A DNA stretch of 63,125 bases, counting the filler, from Octopus bimaculoides (Eukaryota), in the NCBI RefSeq assembly GCF_001194135.2. It is 6 parts of 6 records of this genome, joined end to end, with 100 filler letters (N's around TTAATTAATTAA, not from the genome) between each part and the next. Parts side by side here need not be neighbours in the genome. Positions count along the whole stretch, not along the records: positions 20,893 to 51,153 come from NC_068985.1; positions 51,254 to 56,249 come from NC_068987.1; 4 more parts are not named here. The stretch is one strand, 5' to 3'. Under the pieces are notes generated by a model that was given only the letters and a program-made list of their open reading frames with translations, was not told where the DNA came from and searched no databases. The position numbers and the translations under genes are program-made. This document shows positions 39,870-51,341 of this stretch, piece after piece (position 1 is the first letter of the stretch; every line of letters begins with the position of its first letter).

Positions 39870-40330
39870 TTATGGGTGTCACACTATGCACACATGACAG
39901 CCTAAGGACTAATCGATTATTAATCAGGTTGCCTTTATCTTTATGCTTAAAAATTCCATATGTTTCCATAAAGCACAGCTCACAGCTCACAGCTCACACC
40001 TATATCTGCTATTTCTATAAGGCTGTGCTTTTCTTATTATTTCCCATTTGGGGCTAAACCCAATTCCACTTTCCTTCAATACCCAAATCTTACTGGATAA
40101 TGACGTACAATTCGCCTTAATTTTAAGTTTAAAGGACGTCATGTGGTTGTATAGACGCTGTTTCAAATTAATCGAACAACCAATGTATATATAATTATAA
40201 GTTGTAGTTATTATTGTACATTTATATATTACGTTCTGGGTAAGACATCGGCCTAATAACAAACAGCGGGATTTAACTCTACAATTGCAACTAGAAGGAT
40301 TATTATTATTAATATTAGTATTATTAAGAT
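39870..40330 (-). pseudogene. GIY-YIG endonuclease, Penelope/Poseidon type, frameshifted near the C-terminus
   Basis: SCNCRVKSRCLLLGRCLTQNVIYKCTI...YIYIGCSINLKQRLYNHMTSF...SLSSKIWVLK...KWEIIRKAQPY...RCEL, then GNLINNR...SCVH after a (CACAGCT)3 slip. Confidence 0.9.
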
Positions 40331-40334
40331 TTAA

Positions 40335-40409
<75 letters not shown>

Positions 40410-40410
40410 T

Positions 40411-40623
40411 TATGTTTGACTTTTGTTTTGCATTTGTACAAGTTGGATCCAAGTCTCACCCAGAGACCTCAAGAGACAACAAGTTAGAAGTTCATGTAGG
40501 TGTTATGCCTAGGGTACCATATATTTGGATTTGTACAGTTTTGTTCAAGTGAATGTTTAAGAAACCATAAGAAAATTATGTGTTTGCTTTAAAATTTGAG
40601 ATCACATAGACAGTATTTTACGT
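40411..40623 (-). mobile_element. R4/Dong-like LINE 3' end (RKILSM* plus 3' UTR) with (TAA)n tail
   Basis: The ORF end resembles that of the 11198 copy; abuts (TTA)n at 40333-40410. Confidence 0.7.
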
Positions 40624-41265
40624 NNNNNNNNNNNNNNNNNNNNNNNNNNNNNNNNNNNNNNNNNNNNNNNNNNNNNNNNNNNNNNNNNNNNNNNNNNNNN
40701 NNNNNNNNNNNNNNNNNNNNNNNNNNNNNNNNNNNNNNNNNNNNNNNNNNNNNNNNNNNNNNNNNNNNNNNNNNNNNNNNNNNNNNNNNNNNNNNNNNNN
40801 NNNNNNNNNNNNNNNNNNNNNNNNNNNNNNNNNNNNNNNNNNNNNNNNNNNNNNNNNNNNNNNNNNNNNNNNNNNNNNNNNNNNNNNNNNNNNNNNNNNN
40901 NNNNNNNNNNNNNNNNNNNNNNNNNNNNNNNNNNNNNNNNNNNNNNNNNNNNNNNNNNNNNNNNNNNNNNNNNNNNNNNNNNNNNNNNNNNNNNNNNNNN
41001 NNNNNNNNNNNNNNNNNNNNNNNNNNNNNNNNNNNNNNNNNNNNNNNNNNNNNNNNNNNNNNNNNNNNNNNNNNNNNNNNNNNNNNNNNNNNNNNNNNNN
41101 NNNNNNNNNNNNNNNNNNNNNNNNNNNNNNNNNNNNNNNNNNNNNNNNNNNNNNNNNNNNNNNNNNNNNNNNNNNNNNNNNNNNNNNNNNNNNNNNNNNN
41201 NNNNNNNNNNNNNNNNNNNNNNNNNNNNNNNNNNNNNNNNNNNNNNNNNNNNNNNNNNNNNNNNT

Positions 41266-41626
41266 TCCACATTCGAGTTATCTCTATTTCCAGGTCTTTG
41301 TAGTTTGAAAGTTTTTCCATTTCTTTTAGAGAAACGTTGTCATCTGCTGGTATTGAAACATCAATTAGAAGGCATTTTTTTCCTTCATGATCTTTGACAA
41401 CTATATCTGGTCTATTTGCCTTAATTTCTCTATCTGTGTGTATTGGCATATCCCAGAGTATGGTTGCTTTCTCGTTTTCTGTGACCTTTTCTGGCGTGTG
41501 TTTATACCATCTTTTTTCTGTTGCTATTCCATAATGTTGGCATAGCTTCCAGTGTATATAGGTCCCAGCTCTGTCGTGTCTGTGAATATATTCCTTCTTA
41601 GCCAGGACTGGGCAGCCAGAGATAAT
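41266..41626 (-). mobile_element. 5'-truncated R4/Dong-like LINE REL endonuclease region
   Basis: ISGCPVLAKKEYIHRHDRAGTYIHWKLC...WDMPIHTDREIKANRPDIVVKD...LIDVSIP...KYKDLEIE-like...TRMW. Confidence 0.9.
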
Positions 41627-41639
41627 TATTATTATTATT

Positions 41640-41920
41640 ATTATTTTCGCTATTAATATTTCTATTATCAAGTATGTTATGTTCACGTCTGTTATTCTCT
41701 AACTCCACTTCAATCGTAGTATCATATAAAACCGCCACTGCATCAGCAGGCATACAAATAGTTTCCATGCCCGTATATGCACCGGAACTACAATCCATAA
41801 TGTTTGTATTAGAAGTGCTACCACTATTGCTTCTTTTCACCACATCATCATCAATACTACTATTCTCAGACACTATCCCTTGTTCTCTCCGCTTTAGATA
41901 TACAATGATTTGATAAAACT
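41640..41920 (-). pseudogene. Stop-free acidic/Ser/Asn-rich frame running into poly-Asn; putative N-terminal part of the GIY-YIG ORF
   Basis: ...VSENSSIDDDVVKRSNSGSTSNTNIMDC...HNILDNRNINSENNNN; (AAT)n reads as Asn on both sides of the LINE insertion. Confidence 0.45.
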
Positions 41921-42232
41921 AGTCTATAAATTAAAATTGTTCCCATAAATCACTGACAAGCAAAATCTGTAACAAGTCTTTCTTCCTGATACCTTAGGAG
42001 CTTCTAAGTGGAAGTGAAGGCAGTATGCTCTTTGTCTTTCTCCTTAACTACTTGGAGATTTTAAGTAAAATTATACTAATGTGTTTTAATTTAATTAAAT
42101 TCTAAGTCATGGTGCAGGTGAGGATTGCTTTGCATTTAAATTGATGTAATGGTTGCATTGTTCAATTAAATGGAGTTGCGTGAAACGACCGTACTGCATT
42201 ACCTCTGGATATCCTTGTTGCTTATTTTGATT
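41870..42232 (+). repeat. Right inverted repeat (pLTR-like) ending at (TA)n
   Basis: Reverse complement of 37075-37427. Confidence 0.9.
42113..42198 (+). ncRNA. Hammerhead motif, mutated copy
   Basis: TGCAG|GTGAGGA|...|GAAAC-GACC-GTA|CTGCA; C3>G and one palindrome substitution relative to the left copy. Confidence 0.6.
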
Positions 42233-42559
42233 ATATATATATATGTGTGTGTGTGTGTGCGTGTGTGTGTGTGTGTGTGTGTGCGTGTATACATATATAT
42301 ANNNNNNNNNNNNNNNNNNNNNNNNNNNNNNNNNNNNNNNNNNNNNNNNNNNNNNNNNNNNNNNNNNNNNNNNNNNNNNNNNNNNNNNNNNNNNNNNNNN
42401 NNNNNNNNNNNNNNNNNNNNNNNNNNNNNNNNNNNNNNNNNNNNNNNNNNNNNNNNNNNNNNNNNNNNNNNNNNNNNNNNNNNNNNNNNNNNNNGAGAAG
42501 AATATTTTTTTTATAGAATAGAAAGAATTCAATAGATTAAGGAATGAATTATTCTGCCA

Positions 42560-44300
42560 CTCAGAAACATTTTCGAATTGTTCGATGCGGGGTAAGTGTC
42601 CGTTACTATACCTTTTACATGGTCCTGAGTAACAGCGGAGTCAATAATGTCGATGCTCTTTTTAAACAATTTCAAATTAGTAATCGCTGTAAAAACAAGT
42701 ATAACGGCAGATTTTATAGAAATTACTTGTGTAGACAATGATCTCCATTGCTATGTGTAATACAATCTATCCTGACACAGGTTATGTCAAGAGACAAGAA
42801 GAGAAGTATGAGTTGGTTGTGGTGTGTGTGCAAATGTTAGAAAACCAGCCATCTCCTATGAACAGAAATCACCACGTTGGCGATAATAAAATGAGTGACA
42901 GTAGAAAGTAGTATGTGATCTAAAGCTTAAGGCGTTTTGGAGTTAGTATTCGACATTCGTTATAAACACCGATAATATACTTCAAAGTAATTTTTGACAA
43001 GTTCCTAAAACGAAAGCCCTCACTTATGTAATTGAAAGTGAATTGTTTTGCGTCAAGTCCCTTAAAGGTATATGTTTTAGATACTCAGGAAATTCCATTT
43101 GAAATATTCTTCATTTGTTTGTGAGAATTCATTTAGAGCTATGCATCACCTTCTCTGCAGATGAGGTCCTGCTATTTGGTATATATTTCGACATTGGTTA
43201 GTAATTCTAGCTGTACAAGGGAAATGTCTACTTTTATGATTCCTTTACACAGCATTAGACTTTCCGAGCAAACTTCAAATGACTAAGGCATCATTTATCA
43301 TTGAAAATGTGATGCCACGCCAATGGACCATATTGTGAGTTTATTGAAATTATTTAGGACGCGATTCAATGTGTTTTTACTCAGAAATTCAAGAGAAGGA
43401 ACGTTTTCACCGAGACAAAATCATGCAGAGAATACCTATCATATTCTATTGTACAGGAGCGTGATACGCATAGATGTATTCCTTTTTATTCTGGTCCTTC
43501 TTGTTTCGTGTGTTACTTCTAATTTGGTTACTACCTTCAACATGAATTTGCAAATGTATTGTTTTCTGATTTCTATATATAAGAGCAGATGTGATGCTCT
43601 TATATATGTATATATGGGCCATTTGCCATTGATATCCATAATCCATAAGGTAGCATCCCCTATGTCTTTGGATGGTATCCCTTAGGTTCGGTCTTCAGGG
43701 ATACTCCTGGAAGGTAGCACTCAGTATTTGTTTATAGCTGGTTACTGAGTGTAGCTAAATGTATGATTTTATGTCGAGTTAAGTTGATTTAGTGACCAAG
43801 ATTGCTATGTAGTTACTCTGTCCTTAGTCAGAACAGAACCATAGAGTCATTTAAGTATACCGCCACTATTCTCAGTATCTAAGCTCTCCCAATTTTGGTC
43901 ATAGGCGCCGAATATAGTTTAGACTCTTACGTCGAGCATTCTGAGCAAAATTATTGTGGAAAGAGATAAAATTTCCTGATTCGACTTCTTCACCTGGTTC
44001 AACAAACATGAGTGAGGCATTTCTAATCAGAATGGATGGTCCAGGAGCAACTGAAAGAAAGATGGTTTCGTCACATTTGTCCAAATTAAAATTCCGTATA
44101 CTGTCAGCATAGTCAAGACCAGAATATTGAATACTATTGCCATAAGTGACAAACTTTCATACCATACACTTAAGCATAGTATTGGCACTGTTTGTCGACA
44201 GGAGTTGCGAAATACACATCGTGAGCAACCTATGATAAGAAAAATATGTTTCACATAAGAGTAGATATTATTCAGTAAGTCACCGAGATATTTGATGGAC
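42560..44300 (+). pseudogene. Highly decayed CR1/L2-like RT remnant
   Basis: Ordered weak matches: IPFTW, NY...SPLLCVIQSIL, FDK, VP*G, SADEVLLF. Confidence 0.45.
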
Positions 44301-44626
44301 TATGTGCTAAGGAAGACTCTTCTTTCTCTCCAGTACAATATCCACATTATCAAGCATAAGCGTTCAAAACGTGATCAAGATATTACCTGTCCCTCTTGCC
44401 TTTACAGCTCATCAACTTGTCGGTATCCCTTGACCATAATGCATCCAAAGCCAAAGTCATTTTTTTAAAATTGAATGAAGACTGAGTACATGACCATCAA
44501 TGAGGATGTAAGCCAGCTGTTAACTTGTTATAAATGCAGCACGTAGCTAAAGAAGGTTAACGAATTTAAGTACATTGGCGCCTACGTATCCTAGAGTACG
44601 AAGTGTCTGTAACATTGCCGAAATTG

Positions 44627-45029
44627 CCTGTTGTTGTTGTTGTTGTTGTTGGCACTCCGTCGCTTACGACGTCGAGGCTCCAGTTGATCCGATCAACAGA
44701 ACAGCCTGCTCGTAAAATTAACGTGCAAGTGGCTGAGCACTCCACAGATACGTGTACTCTTAACGTAGTTCTCGGAGATATTCAGCGTGACACAGTGTGA
44801 CAAAGCTGGCCCTTTCAATTACAGGCACAACAGAAACAGGAAGTAAGAGTGAGAGAAAGTTGTGGTGAAAGAGTACAGCAGGGTTCGCCACCATCCCCTG
44901 CCGGAGCCTCGTGGAGCTTTTAGGTGTTTTTCGTTCAATAAACACTCACAGCGCCCGGTCTGGGAATCGAAACCGCGATTCTATGACAGCGAGTCCGCTA
45001 CCCTAACCACTGGGCCATTGCGCCTCCAC
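44627..45029 (-). mobile_element. Full-length tRNA-derived SINE family C with (CAA)n tail
   Basis: Head gtggaggcgcaatggcccagtggttagg (A box), ggtttcgattccc (B box); tail ...gacggagtgcc(aac)n. Confidence 0.9.
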
Positions 45030-45552
45030 TCAAGTGCCTGAAACAATGTCTAAAAAGGCAATCAGGTATTTCAAAGTTAACAATCATGGCTTCCATCTAA
45101 GGAGCACTCCTTTTGGTTGAGAGGAATACTGGAATATGATGAGTGTAATTCAATGGTGGCTTGATATGTGCACGGGCTTCTATTGACATTTGAAAACATT
45201 TCAAGACGTGAGCGGAAGAAGAACAAAGACGAGATTTAGAATATTCTACCCATCTCTACTATTGAAGAGGCTTTACAGATTTCGATTTACTGGCTATTGC
45301 AATTTTATTGAACAACTGACAAAAGTCACAATCTGCAGATTCAAATACAGGACCAGGGCCGTTGAAGTAGGTTCAAGTACTTGTTAGAGAAATATTAGAG
45401 AGAATGTAAAAGCTTATATAAACAGATAGTCCTTGGCGCTGCTTTTCTAAATCAATAACCCAATACAGGCAATATCTAAAGTAAATATATATTTCAACAA
45501 TGGCCGTCAGTTTGGCCGTCAATTTTGTATTCGTTTTCGAATTGTAAATCTT

Positions 45553-45973
45553 CTATTCTTTTATTCTTTTATTCTTTTACTTGTTTCAGTCATTTGACTG
45601 TGGCCATGCTGGAGCACCGCCCTTAGTCGAATCAAATCGACCCCAGGACTTATTCTTTGTAAGCCTAGTACTTATTCTATCGGTCTCTTTTTGCCGAACC
45701 CCTAAGTTACGGGGACGTAAACACACCAGCATCGGTTGTCAAGCGATGTTGGGGGGGACAAACACAGATACACAACATATACACACATACATATATATAT
45801 ACATATATACGACGGGCTTCTTTCAGTTTCCGTCTACCAAATCCACTCACAAGGCTTTGGTCGGCCCGAGGCTATAGTAAAAGACACTTGCCCAAGGTGC
45901 CACGCAGTGGGACTGAACCCGGAACCATGTGGTTCGTAAGCACGCTACTTACCACACAGCCACTCCTGCGCCT
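45553..45973 (-). mobile_element. Full-length tRNA-derived SINE family B with internal (TA/TG)n and (AAAAGAAT)n tail
   Basis: Head aggcgcaggagtggctgtgtggtaag, B-box-like gggttcagtccc. Confidence 0.9.
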
Positions 45974-47036
45974 ATGTTGATAATAAGGAGACTCATAGTA
46001 GTGTTTCTTAAACGTAACAAAAGTATTATTTTCAATCCATTGTTCTCATATACACATACATGTACGTATATAAACATAAATAGTTATATGTAGTGTTTAT
46101 GTGTGTGTGTCTTTGTGTCTGGAATCTAAGTGTTAACGAAATTTGTAGTATTCTTTCTTCATCATGTATCGTATGCTTGAAAAACTTAGCTAATTTCACG
46201 ATATCGATATATTATTGTTTATGTGTTTCTATCTTCCGCCCCTACGGATTCAGAATTCCCTAATGCAATAAGTACCTTCCTTCAAAGTTAATCATTTTTG
46301 TATCTTGTTTCCTTTTTCTCTACATATATGTTCCAAACGTTTGGAAATGTGAGAAAACATGTCTACAATGATTAGCCAAGTAAGATCTTAAACAACAGAT
46401 AAATATTTGCATATTTGATGACGCAAACTATTTCAGAACAAGAAAAAAACTGAATTCTATAGTTTCGTTACTTATAAATAAAAGCAATTATCGTTGTATA
46501 TTTTTTTCTGATTTTATCACTCGAATTGGGATGTTTCAGCCTTTGTAATATTGAGTTAGGTTACTTCACTAGAGAATAAATGCTTAATTCCTTGCATTAT
46601 ACTTCCATGCAAAGATAGAATTAGTCTTCAAATCAGATATAATATATCAAGAAGAAATACTCTAAATGATGGAACATAAATATGAAATGTATTACACTAC
46701 TCATAGCAACAAATGTCTATTGTATTTCTCAAAACCATAAATAAAGAAATAACAGCTAATTCAAAATGAACGTGTCTACTTTATCTACCGCTGATATCAG
46801 AACCTTTATATATACAAGATCAGATTAAAGAAGATTTAGAGTATCAATACTGACGAAGCATGTTATACTTACATACTGATACATGTTGTTGACACATAAA
46901 CTTTAAAAAGAATGACATTTTGTCTTTGTGACCTACTCTATTTCTCTCTTCACTCTAATAATTTGTCAATGATATTTGAAAACCATTTCGGCTCTTAGAT
47001 TTATAGATAGATAGATTTTTTTAATTCTTTTATTCT

Positions 47037-47112
47037 CTTACTTGCCGAAGATGCCACACAGTGAGACTAAACCCGAAATCATGTGGCTGGGGAGCAAGCT
47101 TCTTACCACAGC
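47037..47112 (-). mobile_element. SINE family B head fragment
   Basis: ggctgtggtaagaagcttgctccccagccacatgatttcgggtttagtctc. Confidence 0.7.
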
Positions 47113-48053
47113 CAAACAATATATGTATATATATATATATATACATATCTTAGTTCCTGTTAAGGTGTAAAAGTAGGATATTTCCAGAGAGGCACTGAAC
47201 CCAATTTTTGGGTTATCAACACTGTCGGTTTCCAGACTAATAGCAAAATTCTTCAAGTGTAGAAAATCCTAGTGTAACGACGGTAAACCCGTTGTGTGCG
47301 TGTCACGAAGAGAAAATTGTAATCCAGATGGTATGAAGATAAAGAAACCTTCAACACATCTACTTTGATTCGTTACGATTGTTTCTGTACCAGCTTTGCT
47401 TGCTATGCCAGTGAACATTTATATAATGTTTGCAGCTTTAGAGATTAGACTGGAACTTCATCAGACTTGCATTCAAATGTGCGTCTTCGAGATATTGATT
47501 TTCTTTCTTTTGCTTATACCGGGAAGAAAGAAACAGTAAATAAAAGTGTGGTTTGTGGGTGAATAATTAGTAAAGAGACCATGTGGGAAGGATGAAGAAG
47601 AAGAAGAAGAAGAACAACAACAACAACAACAACTTAACATTAATAAATGCGGAATAGACAATACATGGCACATTATATACAGACTCAAGCTTCTCACAAT
47701 GGTCAGTCAGTACAACATTGCCACCGGTATCAAATTTGATTTGATGGGTGAGAAACTATTTCAGTTTTCCATTTGCAACAACATTAAGCAGACAGTAGAG
47801 AAGGAAAGATGAAATTCAAACCCGCTCCTAGCCAAAGCATTGTTCTAGGGAGGTGGGCAATTAAAGTTTCCCTCTTGCCCGAGAGTGTAGATTCCAGGTT
47901 TCTAATTACAGCTTCTGTGGATGTATACATTTTGATCATTAGTCTTCCTGTAGGGGTAGTCCTAGTGCGCGTGTGTTTGCATTGATGTACACACGCACAT
48001 ACTTATATACGCACACACTCATACACATACATATATACATATAATTAAACGAA

Positions 48054-48085
<32 letters not shown>

Positions 48086-50289
48086 CACACACACACTCAC
48101 GTAGACACATATGCAAAGAGGTATATGTGTATGTGTGTGCGTGTGTGTGGATGAGTGCATGTACACGTATGCACATATACACACACATAAATACAGATAC
48201 ACAAAGAGACATAAGCATATAGGCACACATGTATATACTATATACTAGCACATCTACACATCACACAACACATTCTTATTTACCCTCCAAATCAAACTGT
48301 GACAAAGCGTGACGAAGCATGTCTTCGAAGTATAGGTCACTACTAGGTCCCCACTCTCAATTATTTATCCCTCTACTATAACCTCTACTAACTTCTAAAT
48401 TCTAGTAGGTTCGACACTACACTGACAATTTTCTAGACTCTTTCTGCCAAACATATAACAGCAAAATGTAAATATTTGAGCTACGTTACTGATACGAATA
48501 TGTTAAAGTATTTGGTGTGTCCTTTGTGTTTGAAGTCTACGCAGTCATCCGATTCTTTTGCAATGAAGTAATGTTTTTTTTACTAATCAATTTAAGGGGT
48601 ACCTTGAAATGACCTCCTAGAAATTTGGAGGAATGAAATTCCCTTATAACAATGGGTATATACAAGGCATATAGCTTATATCCATTTAAAAGAAGAAAAG
48701 AAAATTGAGAGAACGAAGTTAATTAGTGTTTGTTATTAACAAATTTCTCATCTTCACTTCTTGCAGCCGTTTCAAACAATACTCAATGATTTAATTAGTA
48801 ATTTGTACATTGAATTTACATTTATGTGACATGATTATAAATACTATTTTATAATTTATGGAAGCAACTGTCTTTGAAGACTCATATTGTTGCTGAATGC
48901 TCGAAATGAGGAGTAGACAGCCGAAAACTGATGAAGGGTCCATTCTCTGTGTTTACTTGTCCTGTTTTCCATTTATTCACGTTGTTTTCGTATTTAACTC
49001 GTTTGTTTACATATATCATGTTGTTTGAACCGTTGGGAACATCCTCCTATTTATTATTTAATTGAATGCCACGCATCCATTTTCAAGTATATATATATAT
49101 GCGTGTACTCACACGCGTTGGTGGTAGAGTTTGTGTAGAAAAAATTGTAATAACTTTTTAAAGATGTGTTAAAGGATTTGCTTGTCTTATTGTTTTATAA
49201 CTATTATTATTATTATCATCGTCATTATCATTATTATTTTTACGCTAGTGCAAGCTACATTTTGCAAATACTATATCTTGATATTTGTTAAAAACAACTC
49301 CTTTCATATCTCAAGAGTCTTCAATTGGATTTTTGCAGAATATAGGACGGTAATTTTCTGAAGATCAACAATGTGAGTTTCAATTCTAATCACTTCCATT
49401 TTTAGGTGCATGTTCTCTGGCGAAATTCTACTGTTGTCTTTTTATTTTTCAAATTTTTTTTTATTCACACAGCTAGGGAATTGAAAAATCTTTGATCTTA
49501 CGCTGTTTGTTTATTTTGTTCTCTATTATAATTTATGCTCTTTATGTAGGATTTCTCCATAAAGGCTGACAACATAATTATATCTGCTCAGTGTGTTATG
49601 TGGAAATTACGCAAGAAGTTGTAATAATCATTTTCTACCAGACTTTGGGATCGTGTTCATACTGTGCTTCTGTTGTTTCGTAGTCACACACTACGCTCTC
49701 ATCGCAAAACACTCGTTTGCGTACACAGTCTTGTCTGAGCATCTACGCGGATTGTGCTAGTATACTGCACTCACTTTAAAGGTGATTAATACTGTCGTTT
49801 CATTTTCTGTTGATTCTTCATTTGTGTCTCGATGAATTTATTCGATATTTGAATTCATCAGGGCCATTACCTCTTAGTAATGAAAATACCCCGAGAACAG
49901 AACTACGTCTTGAGAAGGATAAATCTACTACAGAGAGAAGAGAGTCCCTTTAACCATAGCTGACAGCCCCCTGTCAATGTTATCATGATAAAAACGCTGG
50001 TGGTTGTCACACCTAATCAACACAGATCTCTTTATAAGTTTAATGTTAAAACATCAAAAAGAAAATAATCAAAACTGCTTTCACGAAGCCCGCGCCATGA
50101 GTGAAGGTCCCCGACACGACAAGTGTTACATTGCCCAGCCAGGTGGATGTGGTCGTTACCAAATTAATGTTACAAAGATTAGGAGAAAATTGACTCAAGT
50201 GATAGAAGTAATGGAATGCTATAACAGAAGGGACATTTCCAAAATAGGATACTGGAAAAGAATTATGAAATTAAGATAAAGGAAGATAT

Positions 50290-50363
<74 letters not shown>

Positions 50364-50435
50364 GTTGTTGTTGTTGTTGTTGCTGTTGTTATTGTTGTCG
50401 TTATTATTATTATTGTTGTCGTTGTTATTGTTGTA

Positions 50436-51074
50436 GTTCGCAAGATATGGGTAGTTCCTATGAGCACTATCTTTTGAATTTCTGCCATTTTGGGGCTTCC
50501 TGGTATCTGAGCTAGGTAGCAATCTTCCTCTTTTCCTATCACTCCTCAGGCACCTATGATAACAGGTATTGTTTTAGTCTTCAGATTCCAGATTTTGCTA
50601 ATTTCTATTTCAAGATCTTTATATTTGCTCAGTTTTTTGGCAGGTCTTGACAGATATATTTTTATCGATTGGGACAGTCATATCAATGAGGAGGCATGAT
50701 TTTTATCTGAAGTCTTTCAATATAACGTCTGGCCTATTTGCATCCATGTTTCTTTCAGTTTGAATGGTGAAGTTCCAGAGGGGTGAGATATGATCATCTT
50801 CAAGCAGTGGAGGTGATTTGTAATCCCATCAGTTTTATCATGGGGCATGTCCAGGTTTTTTGCAAATTATCCAGTAAATATATCGTGCAGCTCTATCATG
50901 CCTGTTGAGATACTCTGTTGTCGCAAGAAGACTGTACTTGGAGACAACATGAGCAATAGTTTCATTTTCTTGTTTACATACACGACATGTTGGGCAGCTG
51001 CCGTTCTTTAATATGTTGGCCTGGTGGTTTCTTATAGATAGGCATTGATCTGAGGCTGCTATGGAAAACCCTTC
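50436..51074 (-). mobile_element. R4/Dong-like LINE fragment (CCHC plus REL) flanked by (TAA)n on both sides
   Basis: EGFSIAASDQCL...CPTCRVCKQENETIAHVVS...HDRAARYIYW...ANRPDVILKD...LIDMTVP...IQKIVLIGTTHILR. Confidence 0.85.
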
Positions 51075-51153
<79 letters not shown>

Positions 51154-51341
51154 NNNNNNNNNNNNNNNNNNNNNNNNNNNNNNNNNNNNNNNNNNNNTTA
51201 ATTAATTAANNNNNNNNNNNNNNNNNNNNNNNNNNNNNNNNNNNNNNNNNNNNTATATATATATATACATATATATATATGTATGTATATATATAAATAT
51301 GCACACACACACACACACACACAGACGCGCGCGCGCACACA

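Noticed and set aside
11790-41626. Identical 5' truncation point in two REL-LINE copies
   Set aside because: The 11198 copy extends further (GQETINHITSGCP); the 41626 break is explained by ATAAT microhomology.
44945-45029. tRNA gene
   Set aside because: A and B boxes are present but the sequence runs on into a SINE body and tail, with no convincing acceptor stem or terminator.
48868-48935. Hammerhead-like motif near ctgatgaaggg
   Set aside because: Core and stems cannot be placed in one consistent register; the CTGATGA lies downstream of the GAAA.
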